Positions 40,401 to 48,072 of a stretch of DNA of 64,000 nucleotides are shown piece after piece. The notes beneath the pieces were generated by a model, which did not search any database, was not told the origin of the DNA, and saw only the letters and a program-made list of their open reading frames with translations. The translations under genes and the position numbers were made by a program. Position 1 is the first letter of the stretch; every line of letters starts with the position of its first letter. The stretch spans positions 29,894 to 93,893 of the forward strand of contig JAQGDQ010000802.1 in NCBI GenBank assembly GCA_030141605.1, in the 5' to 3' direction. Origin of the DNA: Tubiluchus corallicola (lineage: Eukaryota > Animalia > Priapulida).

Positions 40401-43400
40401 GATAAATAAAGATGTTCAACAACTTCAAGCAAATCTATCTTTAGAAGTTGAAGAACTTATGCTGTTAGCTGCAGATAGGAGTGGGTGGAATACTCTAAAA
40501 AATGTTAATGCCTCAATGTCTACAATAGATTTAATGGGATTTTTAAAATAGGTTGTAGTTCATCATTTTTGAATGTTATTGTATCATTTAAAGAACACTT
40601 TCTGTTGGCACAAGTGTTTGTGGTGTGTTACTTAACAGTTGACATTCACTGTAACTGTTTGTGGTGTATTACACAGCAGTTGACATTCACCATAACTGTT
40701 TGTGGCGTGTTACACAACAACTGACATTCACCGTAATGTATTTATGGTGTATGAACAGCAATTCTTTAGCCATTCGTCCATGTAAGTCATTTGATAAAGG
40801 AAAACAGGACCCACTCGTAAACTGTAGTTGAAAACAATCAACCCTATAAAATATTGAAAATTTTCAAGAATGACTTACTTGAAAAAATTATTACCACCAA
40901 AACCTAATTTCATAATTTTGCCTTCAAGCGGCTATTTCACCAATCGCTAGTTAGATGGGCACTGCGCCCACATCTGAGAAATGCATTGAACAAAAGACAG
41001 GTGCTGTACCTGTCAGTTCAAATGTTGTATTTCACACTGAATAGGCTTACAGTAGCTCTGTACTTTAATTTTTGCTTTCGCAAACACCTTCATGGAATGT
41101 TTATGCTGAAAATAATGTTCATTTGTGCCATCATCATTAGCTGGGCTCACCGCCCATTAATTAAGTTTTTAATCTATTATTAAATTATCACAAACGCTTC
41201 AGAGATGTCATAGGTCTTAAATTGTGTGGTTTTTACTGTACTTCAAAATGTGGTAGGATATGAAAAATCTTGCAGTTTTCCTTTAAAAAACAAATGTGTG
41301 CCCATTTCTGATTTGATTCGATTCGTGATTATGTTTCCAACACCCTTTTTATACAGACATGCAAGATGGTACTGTATTGGCTACTTAAATTTTTCTTTTT
41401 TGATTGTGGTGGGATAGGAACGTAGTTAGCTCTTTAGCAGGAATAATGCTCTTGGATGAGATACAGAACTAGTTGAAATGCTTTAGCTTTGGTCAGATGT
41501 ATGTCTGTCTTTAACTTACCTCAGAGAAGTGATTCGTGCCAGGCAGAATTGAGTTTTCTTACCAGGTTCACTGTTGCTTAACTGTGGAAGTATGACCGCT
41601 CACCTATTCCCACACCTTGAAGTACTTGTGCCTAGGAAGTGTAGTATTATTATTTTCCGTTTCTCTTATCTGCACGTCTCGTTTTTATTATTTTATTACA
41701 CCCCATTTATTACGTTTTGTTTCATTATTAGGGTAGCTGAAGTTTACGATTGGGTCCGGTCTTCCTTTATCAAATCACTTAGAATGACTAATAGCTCAAG
41801 AATTGCAGTTAGCACACCATAAATAGTTACGGTGAATGTTAGCTGTTGTCTAACAGACCACAAACAGTTGCAGTGAATGGCAACTGTTGTGTAACACACC
41901 ACAAACACTTGTGCCAACAGAAAGTGATCATTAAATGATACAATAACATTCAAGAGTGATGAATTGTTCTCTGCCATGCTAACATGTAGCACCCTTCAAG
42001 GTCCCATTACATCTATTGTTGATATTGAGGCTTTATCATTTTTAGAGTATTCTTCCCACTCTTATCTGCAGGTAACAGCAAGCTCTTTTATTCATGAAGG
42101 TAGATTTGGTTGAAGATTTTTATTTATCTTACCTATTCAAGTTGCTTTTAGTTTGCTAGGTGGTTTTTCCAAGGTTTTAAGGCTTCCTTTAAGACGATTC
42201 TTACTGGTGCTTCATTTGGTAAACTTAGAAGATGTCCTAGCCATCTTAATCTTCGGATCTTGACTTTTGAATTCCTAGGAATTTCTTTCTAGTGTGTAAA
42301 TCTTTGTTTTTGACTATGTATAGCCATCTTTCCTTTAAAACTTTGCTTAGAAGATTTCTATAAAACATGACAATCTGCTTTTCTTGACTAATCATCAAAC
42401 CCCATGTTTCACTGTTGTACACAAATATGCCGTAAGTATTAACTAATGGGGATTCGGATTTTTGTGGACACCGAATGAAATTATTTGTGGACCAGGGGTC
42501 ATTTGTGTCCACAAGAAATCAGAGCATGTCTACAAAAATCAGAAAAATTTTGTGGACAAATTCCACGAACGTTGTGCTAAAATTTGAATTTGTGGACGTA
42601 AGTTTCAAAGCTAAAAGAGTCGATATCATCATGAAATATCTGGAGTACGCATTGCTTTATTGCGCATTCAGTCAAGTTCCACCAATTCGGGCATAAATAG
42701 ATAATCAAAGTCACCAGGGAGCTTCGGGATCACACCTCGTTCCTTATCGATTCCATCACTGGACAATATGAACGTGCAGACCTTATCCTGTTGCAAGCGG
42801 CTCATGATCTTGTAATGATAGAAACCCTCCAAACATCTGCAAGGGACAGGGCTGTTTCCAATGTTCTTGTAATGATAGAAACCCTCCAAACATCCACGAG
42901 GGGCAGGGCTGTTTCTAAGGTTCTTGTAATGATAGAAACCCTCCAAACATCCACAAGAGGCAGGGCTGTTTCCAGTGTTCTTGTAACGATAGAAACCCTC
43001 CAAACATCCACGAGGGGCAGGGCTGTTTCTAAGGTTCTTGTAATGATAGAAACCCTCCAAACATCCACGAGAGGCAGGGCTGTTTCCAATGTTCTTGTAA
43101 CGATAGAAACCCTCCAAACATCCACAAGAGGCAGGGCTGTTTCCAATGTTCTTGTAATGATAGAAACCCTCCAAACATCCCCGAGGGGCAGGGCTGTTTC
43201 CAATGTTCTTGTAACGATAGAAACCCTCCAAACATCCACGATGAGTAGCAAAGACATCGGAGTACAAGTAACTTGGTATTTTGTAAACACAAGGACTGAA
43301 ACATGTAAACTTGTGGACACGTTTTTTTACTCGTACACAAAAATCCACAAAGAAAGTGACCCCTGAAAAAAGATGTCCACAAATCCGTTTTGGCATCCAC

Positions 43401-43903
43401 AAAAATCAAGCACCCCTTAAATAACCGAAGTCTTATGTTAAGACTTAATTTCTCACTAGTTAACACACCATAAATAGTTACGGTGAATGTTAGCTGTTGT
43501 CTAACAGACCACAAACAGTTGCAGTGAAAGGCAACTGTTGTGTAACACACCACAAACACTTGTGCCAACAGAAAGTGATCATTAAATGATACAATAACAT
43601 TCAAGAGTGATGAATTGTTCTCTGCCTTGCTAACATGTAGCATCCTTCAAGATCCCATTACATCTATTGTTGATATTGAGGCTTTATCATTTTTAGAGTA
43701 TTCCACCCACTCCTATCTGCAGTTAACAGCAAGTTATTCCTGAAGGTAGATTTGGTTGAAGATTTTTATTTATCTTAGCCGTTTTTATTATTTTGTTACA
43801 TTTCAGCTTGAGCTCCGGTGAAGACAACTTAGAAAAGCTAGCTGAGATGGAGAAGTTACTCGCTCAAGCTCAAATAGAGAAACTCGCCCTCATCGAAGAG
43901 CAG
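329..43903 (+). CDS. PHLDB1: Partial multi-exon gene (13 exons, ~1043 codons): pleckstrin homology-like domain family B (LL5/PHLDB1/2-like) protein; both ends outside the exons found
   Basis: Exons 329-457, 1420-1581, 2477-3675, 9275-9400, 9686-9784, 11549-11728, 13495-13641, 16835-16945, 18946-19083, 32323-32721, 37067-37214, 38905-39100 and 43807-43903 all have AG/GT boundaries, matching phases and no stop. The motifs LDDILKTCVEY, LEMERALLEGE, FEDLEFQQLE, IIDEEKRRLTELRRRASEEVRAQW and EMEKLLAQAQIEKLRL occur in the order I recall for vertebrate PHLDB1/2. It is probably a co-ortholog of PHLDB1/2/3, so the symbol is family-level. Confidence 0.9.
492..925. mobile_element. Kolobok-like MITE family A, foldback copy with ~130-bp inverted arms
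   Basis: TTAA|AGGAAAACCGG ... CCGGTTTTCTT|TTAA; TTAA TSD with AGG terminus is the Kolobok pattern. Confidence 0.8.
1420..1581 (+). CDS. PHLDB1: PHLDB-like exon (EAEKSIEEQ...LDDILKTCVEYEE...DHPSP)
   Basis: ctccag| acceptor, |gtaag donor, 162 nt; resembles the PHLDB LETILxLCAEY motif. Confidence 0.9.
1610..1968. repeat. (TA)n-rich low-complexity tract
   Basis: Several TATA runs plus a short (GT)n. Confidence 0.9.
1975..2342 (-). mobile_element. Kolobok-like family C, partial reverse copy
   Basis: Reverse complement of the left half of 27273-27944; ends TTCTTGTCCT|TTAA. Confidence 0.7.
2477..3675 (+). CDS. PHLDB1: PHLDB-like large exon (~400 aa, Ser/Pro-rich then acidic, low complexity)
   Basis: ttttgcag| acceptor, ACG|gtgag donor; lies in ORF 2380-3705; phase 1 in, phase 0 out. 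Confidence 0.88.
3726..4228 (+). mobile_element. Kolobok-like MITE family A
   Basis: GTAA|AGGAAAACCGGACGATTG ... CAATCATCCGGTTTTCCT|TTAA; homologous to copies at 492 and 55198. Confidence 0.8.
4363..4973. mobile_element. Degenerate Tc1/mariner-like MITE
   Basis: TA|CAGAGTGTTCGGAAAAGT ... ACTTTGTGGGCACCCTG|TA. Confidence 0.55.
5988..6652. repeat. 55-bp minisatellite (~9 copies) plus an inverted two-unit copy at 6541-6652
   Basis: Unit GCTTGGTGTAAACATGAGCAACATGCAACACTCTTCATTCCATTGTGGGCTGCAT. Confidence 0.92.
6791..7202. mobile_element. hAT (Charlie-like) MITE
   Basis: TIR CAGTGGTTCCCAAA / TTTGGGAACCACTG; perfect 8-bp TSD CCCTAGAG. Confidence 0.92.
9000..9243 (-). mobile_element. 5S-rRNA-derived SINE-like element with duplicated head
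   Basis: Minus strand GAAGTTAAGCAGTGTTGGGTCTGATAAGTGCATGAATGGGTGACCG (twice) resembles the 5S internal control region; body shared with the copy near 30290-30410. Confidence 0.6.
9275..9400 (+). CDS. PHLDB1: PHLDB-like exon (EGDLQSHVGRL...QQNEAIRE), coiled coil
   Basis: ttcttgcag| acceptor, GAG|gtaag donor, 126 nt, phase 0/0. Confidence 0.9.
9686..9784 (+). CDS. PHLDB1: PHLDB-like exon (LEMERALLEGEHQ...LKNKQ)
   Basis: ttttag| acceptor, CAG|gtttc donor, 99 nt; conserved EMERALLxGE motif. Confidence 0.92.
9847..10329. mobile_element. hAT-like MITE with 6-bp TSD
   Basis: TIR CAGGGATGAGAAT / ATTCTCATCCCTG; CATTTT on both flanks. Confidence 0.8.
10580..11447. repeat. Dispersed repeat with internal 155-bp tandem (3 copies, 10981-11447)
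   Basis: AAGCAACTGAAGTTA at 10983, 11138, 11293; less-amplified relative at ~48470-48870. Confidence 0.85.
11549..11728 (+). CDS. PHLDB1: PHLDB-like exon (IALAQTAAE...YKREQE), coiled coil
   Basis: Polypyrimidine tract then ccag|, GAG|gtggg donor, 180 nt. Confidence 0.9.
12340..13472. repeat. 55-bp minisatellite (~19 copies) built from two related ~27-bp halves
   Basis: Unit AGGTTAAAGTCTTGTGATAGGTTATTTGAGGTCAAGGTCATGTGACAGGTTTCTG. Confidence 0.95.
13495..13641 (+). CDS. PHLDB1: PHLDB-like exon (RLENERKIFEDLEFQQLE...YKARE)
   Basis: ttttcag| acceptor, GAG|gtttg donor, 147 nt; FEDLEFQQLE hallmark motif. Confidence 0.95.
13752..14092. repeat. 22-bp minisatellite (~15 copies)
   Basis: Unit TACAGGGTGACCCATTTTGATG. 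Confidence 0.92.
14486..14969. mobile_element. pogo/Tigger-like MITE
   Basis: TA|CAGTCATACCTCCG ... CCGAGGTATGTCTG|TA; internal TTCCTTATGGGAA motif of the type seen in Tigger elements. Confidence 0.82.
15990..16300 (-). mobile_element. Kolobok-like family C internal fragment
   Basis: GTATGCTACGAATGCTCTG and AACGGTTATCGCAGGAGTTTAAATTTA are reverse complements of family C interior. Confidence 0.6.
16415..16743. mobile_element. hAT MITE
   Basis: TIR TAGGGGTGAGCAT / ATGCTCACCCCTA; perfect 8-bp TSD TTCATCGC; subterminal CGAATC repeats. Confidence 0.92.
16835..16945 (+). CDS. PHLDB1: PHLDB-like exon (AKLQEIDTQQ...VEEFRR)
   Basis: tttag| acceptor, AGG|gtagg donor, 111 nt, coiled-coil character. 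Confidence 0.88.
16958..17290 (-). mobile_element. Non-LTR retrotransposon 3' end (RTE-X-like zinc-knuckle C-terminus)
   Basis: Minus strand DRLCSCSGLNIQTEENVICFCPLTNHLR...LAVFGQ* (stop 17092-17094), then AATAAA and a (TTCTA)n tail. Confidence 0.7.
18265..18878. repeat. Mixed 54-bp / ~85-bp minisatellite
   Basis: Core GAGTTACTTGGCGAGTTACTGAGCAAGAACATTTGCTAGTCTGA about 9 times, with an optional CTGTCGCAGCAAATTTTTCTCTCTAG block. Confidence 0.92.
18946..19083 (+). CDS. PHLDB1: PHLDB-like exon (EKLKLAALDRRIKQ...NDHSL)
   Basis: tttcag| acceptor, TTG|gtaag donor, 138 nt. Confidence 0.88.
19104..19776. mobile_element. Unclassified TIR MITE (partial second copy ~17598-17810)
   Basis: ~37-bp imperfect TIR TGTGTGCTTG...GTCCATAAGTCGGCA / TGCCGACTTATGGAC...CAAGCACACA. 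Confidence 0.75.
20830..21995 (+). mobile_element. Possible Helitron/Helentron-type non-autonomous element with internal repeats
   Basis: Internal repeats (ACCTTTCATTTGATATGCTACA, TTCCCGACCC), TGACCTTTGACC motif, AAT-rich tract, terminal hairpin GATTTTG...CAAAATC. Confidence 0.4.
22038..22447 (+). repeat. Four tandem 5S-rRNA-like SINE head fragments
   Basis: TCAAGCAGCATCGGGCCTGATAGTAATTAGATGAGTGACTGC compared with 5S CTAAGCAGGGTCGGGCCTGGTTAGTACTTGGATGGGAGACCGC. Confidence 0.7.
22539..22872. repeat. 82-bp tandem repeat, 4 copies
   Basis: GTGGCACCAAGC at 22539, 22621, 22703, 22785. Confidence 0.92.
23398..24627 (-). mobile_element. 5'-truncated CR1-group LINE with 10 x 74-bp array in its 3' UTR
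   Basis: CNCG...SVEHFLLHCPLY...RTKRFQ* C-terminus; AATAAAATAATGTTTAAAC 3' end; 15-bp TSD TCTGTAGAATGGTTA at 23383-23397 and 24628-24642. Confidence 0.88.
23493..24232. repeat. 74-bp minisatellite, 10 copies
   Basis: ACATTTACAGTAAGAA at 23493, 23567, 23641 and onward; 740 bp total. Confidence 0.95.
24890..25340. repeat. Degenerate repeat rich in TGACCTTGACC
   Basis: Recurring GATTCATTAAGTTGTGCTGTGACCTTGACCTTTTA. Confidence 0.7.
26035..26883. repeat. 110-bp minisatellite (~7.5 copies)
   Basis: TATGGTATTC at 26191, 26301, 26411, 26521 and onward. Confidence 0.95.
27273..27944 (+). mobile_element. Kolobok-like MITE family C, full copy
   Basis: TTAA|AGCGCAAGAAAA ... TTTTCTTTTCCT|TTAA; collinear with copies at 32762 and 39639. 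Confidence 0.82.
28168..28488. repeat. (ACT)n, then (AAT)n-poly(A)-(AAT)n; possible retroposon tail
   Basis: AATAAA at ~28359 precedes the AAT/poly(A) tract. Confidence 0.8.
29540..30270. repeat. ~45-bp minisatellite (~16 copies)
   Basis: Unit approximately AAACTACAATGTAAAACAATGTTTTCATTGTTCTGTCTTTTTGGAC. Confidence 0.92.
31632..31753. mobile_element. Tiny Tc1/mariner-like MITE
   Basis: TA|CAGTGTGTCCCGAAAA ... TTTTGTGCCACCCTG|TA. Confidence 0.6.
32231..32310. repeat. Perfect 20-bp repeat, 4 copies, next to a splice acceptor
   Basis: AACGAATTTATATGAATTAT four times. Confidence 0.95.
32323..32721 (+). CDS. PHLDB1: PHLDB-like Ser-rich exon (PKNKELEERL...IDITLK)
   Basis: tttcag| acceptor, AAG|gtaat donor, 399 nt, phase 0/0. 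Confidence 0.87.
32762..33431 (+). mobile_element. Kolobok-like MITE family C, full copy
   Basis: TTAA|AGCACAAGAAA ... TTTCTTTTCCT|TTAA. Confidence 0.82.
33901..36838. repeat. 136-bp minisatellite (~10 copies) interrupted by a 1.6-kb insertion (34230-35810)
   Basis: GACATTTG(A/C)(G/A)GTTGAAGAGGCGAATTTTTTAC at 34036, 34171, 35927, 36063, 36198, 36334 and onward. Confidence 0.92.
34230..35810 (+). repeat. 1.6-kb duplicate of ~41614-43240, ending in a 57-bp array (35434-35810)
   Basis: Collinear homology from ACCTTGAAGTAC onward; near-identical spurious ORFs in both copies. Confidence 0.9.
37067..37214 (+). CDS. PHLDB1: PHLDB-like exon (DDLFLKP...RNMSDTMFEIEKHRQQVLERE)
   Basis: ttttcag| acceptor, AAG|gtgtg donor; resembles PHLDB1 RNLAATLQDIETKRQLALQQKG as recalled. 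Confidence 0.88.
38333..38647. repeat. 80-bp tandem repeat, ~4 copies
   Basis: GAGATTC at 38401, 38481, 38561, 38641. Confidence 0.92.
38905..39100 (+). CDS. PHLDB1: PHLDB-like exon (VHIIDEEKRRLTELRRRASEEVRAQWEE...EKET)
   Basis: tacag| acceptor, CAG|gttaa donor, phase 1 in, phase 2 out. Confidence 0.92.
39639..40290 (+). mobile_element. Kolobok-like MITE family C, full copy
   Basis: TTGA|ACCACAAGAAAA ... TTTTCTTGTCCT|TTAA. Confidence 0.8.
40318..41286. mobile_element. Inverted copy of repeat family D (40318-40828) joined to a Kolobok-like family B right end
   Basis: 40318-40828 is the reverse complement of ~34355-34818; ends GCAGTTTTCCT|TTAA; B-type interior also at ~52260-52730 and ~55740-55990 (reverse). 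Confidence 0.6.
42447..43417. mobile_element. PIF/Harbinger-like MITE carrying a 57-bp minisatellite (~42808-43240)
   Basis: TAA|TGGGGATTCGGATTTTTGTGGA ... TCCACAAAAATCAAGCACCCCT|TAA; repeated TGTGGAC/GTCCACA subterminal motifs. Confidence 0.6.
43452..43780 (+). repeat. Further partial copy of family D
   Basis: CACACCATAAATAGTTACGGTGAATG...GAAGATTTTTATTTATCTTA matches 41811-42131. Confidence 0.85.
43807..43903 (+). CDS. PHLDB1: PHLDB-like exon (LSSGEDNLEKLAEMEKLLAQAQIEKLRLIEEQ)
   Basis: tttcag| acceptor, CAG|gtacg donor, phase 2 in; resembles PHLDB EEMEKMLKEAHAEK. Confidence 0.92.
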
Positions 43904-44218
43904 GTACGTCATTTTTAGCTCTTTTACCTGTCGATGCTCATCTTTCTCGTTAAGGCTTCGTTAAAATCTTCGTGAAATTCGTGCGAGTTAAAATGGAAGG
44001 GTCGGCACGGACATTTTTGCAGTTTTGAAGAGCAATGGCTTCTCGCATAGCAAATGAAAGGTCTCAGTGAGACAAATTAAATCATACGCATTGATCCGAG
44101 ATTGGTCAACTCCATGCAGCGGGTCGGGTCGTGATTTCGTTGTGAAGTGTGAAACCTAAATCAACAAATTATGTGAATTCAGTGAAAGCAAAATAATGAT
44201 TTTATACAGATACTATCG

Positions 44219-44411
<193 letters not shown>

Positions 44412-44739
44412 TTCCTGAACTGGTCAGTAACATTGTCAACTAGTTTTTGTTTATTCTTGATGTTGTAGTTGTGTTCTAGAAAGATTTTGTATTGAATGTT
44501 TGGTTTTTTGTGCACTTCCCCCCAAAAATGAATAATTAGAGTGATTGAGTGTATAATAAATTTACTGACGGATTCAGTGTAACATGCGCATTCTTGAACG
44601 GTTACAGAAATTGAACATTTGAACATTTTGAATTCGTGAACATTTATTTTGCTCTCTCTGACTGCACTGTAATGCTTAGTTTGCATATGCAATGACAACA
44701 TTTCTTTTTCTTCTCCTGATTTACGTGGCATAGTGAAAA

Positions 44740-45113
44740 ATATGTTTCTTGGTTAGTGAGTGGTGCACCCTGGAGGTGAGTCAACGACATTTTATCAATT
44801 GGCGAAAATATTTTAAATAAGTTTTTTTTATTGCATGGGTCTTTCCAGCAGGTAAGTGAAATGCTAAGTAATAAAGATTTGCATGGAAAGTTTTTTGTGA
44901 CATAATTTAACATTTCATTTTCTCCCTTGATTTACGTTTGGTACATGACGTCATGTAATGCGCCGTCGGAACAGTATTGCGGGAGATTTAAAATGAAAAC
45001 AAACAAAAATTCCTTTCAACGCGACACCATATGTGCATAAAATTGCTATAAAGTAGTATAATTTTTAAGGTGATTTTTCTGAAACCTACTTCAGGTGCCC
45101 CAACTCTTGTCCT
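44740..45113 (+). mobile_element. Kolobok-like family C, right half
   Basis: GGTTAGTGAGTGGTGCACCCTGGAG ... TCTTGTCCT|TTAA. Confidence 0.75.
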
Positions 45114-46029
45114 TTAACACAAATTAAGTGCCCCCCGTACGTTATTTATGGCCGTAGATTAGCATCGGATAATCCACAAAGCGTGGATTAACACGGATAA
45201 TCCCGAGTACATTGTAGTGCTGTGATGGGAAGCCACACTTTTTCAAACACTGCTACTGAAGGACCGTTAAGCACGTACACGTGATACGTACATACGATCA
45301 AAGGTTACAAAATGGCTTGTATTGTTTTTGTACGTCATCACAGCGAAACAAACCTCTTTATAGAAGTTTTTTGCAAGCTAGAAAAACAGAAATTAATTGA
45401 AAATAGTGATAGAAATGTCCGATGCTTGTTCTAAGGTATGTTGCTGTGTAAGAGATTTATTTTTTTAATCTGATCGTTGCCGTCCAGTGTAAGTAGTGCT
45501 AGAGTTCTGGCTCGTGATGGTGTAGTGACTGTGATGAAATCTACTTAACTATTAAAGGAAAAGTCAAGCTTTTTTGGGAAGCTAAGCTTATTTTAGTGTT
45601 CTCGAAAATAGTGAGATAGTAATTTAGTGATAATCGCCTTGTGTAATCAATAAAATTACTCCAAACTCCCGATCAGTTCGTCACGGGTGCTCACATTGTG
45701 AAAGCCCATTCTTCCACCAATGACGTCATTCATCGGCTGAAGAAAGGCAGTGCACTGTCCGTTTCCCTAGAGTTTTTGCAAAAATTTACATAGCTAAGAT
45801 AGATAGTGATTTTGAACTTTGGATAAGTTGCAGAAGTTTGAATGAATTTATGTAGTAGTCTTGCGGAAAGCCATGATGCACTTACGAAAATTCACGAATA
45901 ATATATCGTAATTTTTAAGTGAATAATGGCTACCACTGCAGCCAAAAATTTCTATACAGCAGTAGTATAAATTAACTTATGTTTTATAGACAGTATACGT
46001 GTTAGTTTGTTATGTTTTTCTAAGTTTAA

Positions 46030-46460
46030 CTCCTTCAGGACCGTAAGATTTTGCTGCATTTTGCACGAGTTCATGAAAAACTGATCTCACTAAGCAGCGA
46101 TTACGTTATATTTGATAATTTTTGCATATTTCTGCTCCTCACACAAGGGATTTTCATGCAAAATTATATATGAAATGCATTTGCTTAACTTCGTTAAATT
46201 AAAAATAGATTTTTGACAAATAAATTGGAAAAAGTTTTCAGTAACTGCAGTGTTTGCACTGAGACAATGTACAGTATCACTTGTGTAAAATCGGCTAATG
46301 CAGAAAATTTCAACTATCTAGACACAACACTCTGATGCACGTTGGCCTCAAGTTTACTCTAATTTAAAGGAGAAATTCTTATTAAAGTCTGTACTCATAC
46401 AGCAGCAGAAAAATCATAGATCTTATAAGGCCTATTTTCAATGGTGCGATGCTGAAAGAG
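46030..46460. mobile_element. piggyBac-like MITE
   Basis: TTAA|CTCCTTCAG ... CTGAAAGAG|TTAA. Confidence 0.6.
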
Positions 46461-47513
46461 TTAAGTGATAACAGTAAATAAGCTTTGTAGTTACATAGGT
46501 TATGCCAGTATGGATACAATGTAGATTATGTGTAGTATTGCATTGCTTTGCATGAACTAAGACGTCTTGCTGTGTATAGAATTGCATTACCTTTTGTTAA
46601 CTAATACTTCTCACGATAGATGGCAGCACCGGGCAGCAATCTGTAACAGTTTCGGTTCCTTTGCATTGGCGCTTGAGGGGTTGCAAGCTGCAGCTGGTCT
46701 CATAAATATTAAATTAGCCAGCTCACATGCATATATGCAGGAGAGGGGTTTTTAAGATATTTGGGTGTTTTATGATGTAATATGCCAAATACGTAAGATC
46801 GCGAAGACGATTTATCAAAGTGCGCAAATCAGTTTAAACAGTGACGTACTAATGATGCTTTCATTTGAGATCGCTGTAAAGTGGAGTTAATCGGCTGTGC
46901 GCATGCGTATGTCCTGGATCCGCCCTGCTGCGACGCGTCATAGTCGTGATATCAGCTGTTACTCACTGCAGTTGCTTACTAATCGTTCAGCCGTTATAAA
47001 TATTTCATTCTGGCGGATTCAGTGAAACGTGCGCGTTCTTGAACGGTTGCAAAAATTGAACATTTTGAACACTTGAACGTTCATTTTACTCATGCAGACT
47101 GCTCTGTAGCGTTTAGTTTCTATTTTCAAGTGAGAAGTTTTGCATTTTGCATTTCGTTCGATTTTAAAGTGTTTTTTTTCTGTTTTGAATTCCTGAACCT
47201 ATAAAAATGTGTTGACGATGATGATGATGGCGGCAAGCTTGCTACTCGCGTGTTCCGGCGGTGCAGAACGTAATAATGTAAGTTACAGTTATGTTAATAT
47301 TAAAGCTACATTCGTAGCTGTTAGTTGCACGATGATTTTGTAGGTGGCGCCTCTGTAATAGACACTGTATTGACTAGCGCCTGCATTTCGGAAATGCGTT
47401 GCACAAAAGGCAGGTGCTGTACCTCTCGGTTCATATGTGTTAGTGTGTGATGAACTACACACGACTATGCGTGAGCACAGCGGTAAAATTTGAAATTTGA
47501 ATATTTATCTTAA

Positions 47514-48072
47514 AACACAACAGTAAAATAAAACCCAACATGCTAAGTGACTTATCCTTTCCTTTAGCACACCACAAACAGTTTAAGCCATAACAGTAAA
47601 ATAAAACCCAACATGCTAAGTGACTTATCCTTTCCTTTAGCACACCACAAACAGTTTAAGCCATAACAGTAAAATAAAACCCAACATGCCGAGTGACTTG
47701 TCCTTTCCTTTAGCACACCACAAACAGTTTAAGTGATAACAGTAAAATAAACCCAACATGCTAAGTGACTTATCCTTTCCTTTAGCACACCACAAACAGC
47801 TTAAGCCATAACAGTAAAATAAAACACAACATGCTGAGTGACTTGTCCTTTCCTTTAGCACACCACAAACAGTTTTAAGTGATAACAGTAAAATAAACCC
47901 AACATGCTGAGTGACTTGTCCTTTCCTTTAGCACACCACAAACAGTTTAAGTGATAACAGTAAAATAAACCCAACATGCTGAGTGACTTGTTCTTTCCTT
48001 TAGCACACCACAAATAGTTTTAAGTGATACCAGTAAAATAAACCCAACATGCGAAGTGACTTATCCTTTGCT
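47514..48072. repeat. ~73-bp minisatellite (~7.5 copies)
   Basis: ACAGTAAAATAAAACCCAACATGCTAAGTGACTTATCCTTTCCTTTAGCACACCACAA repeated. Confidence 0.92.
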
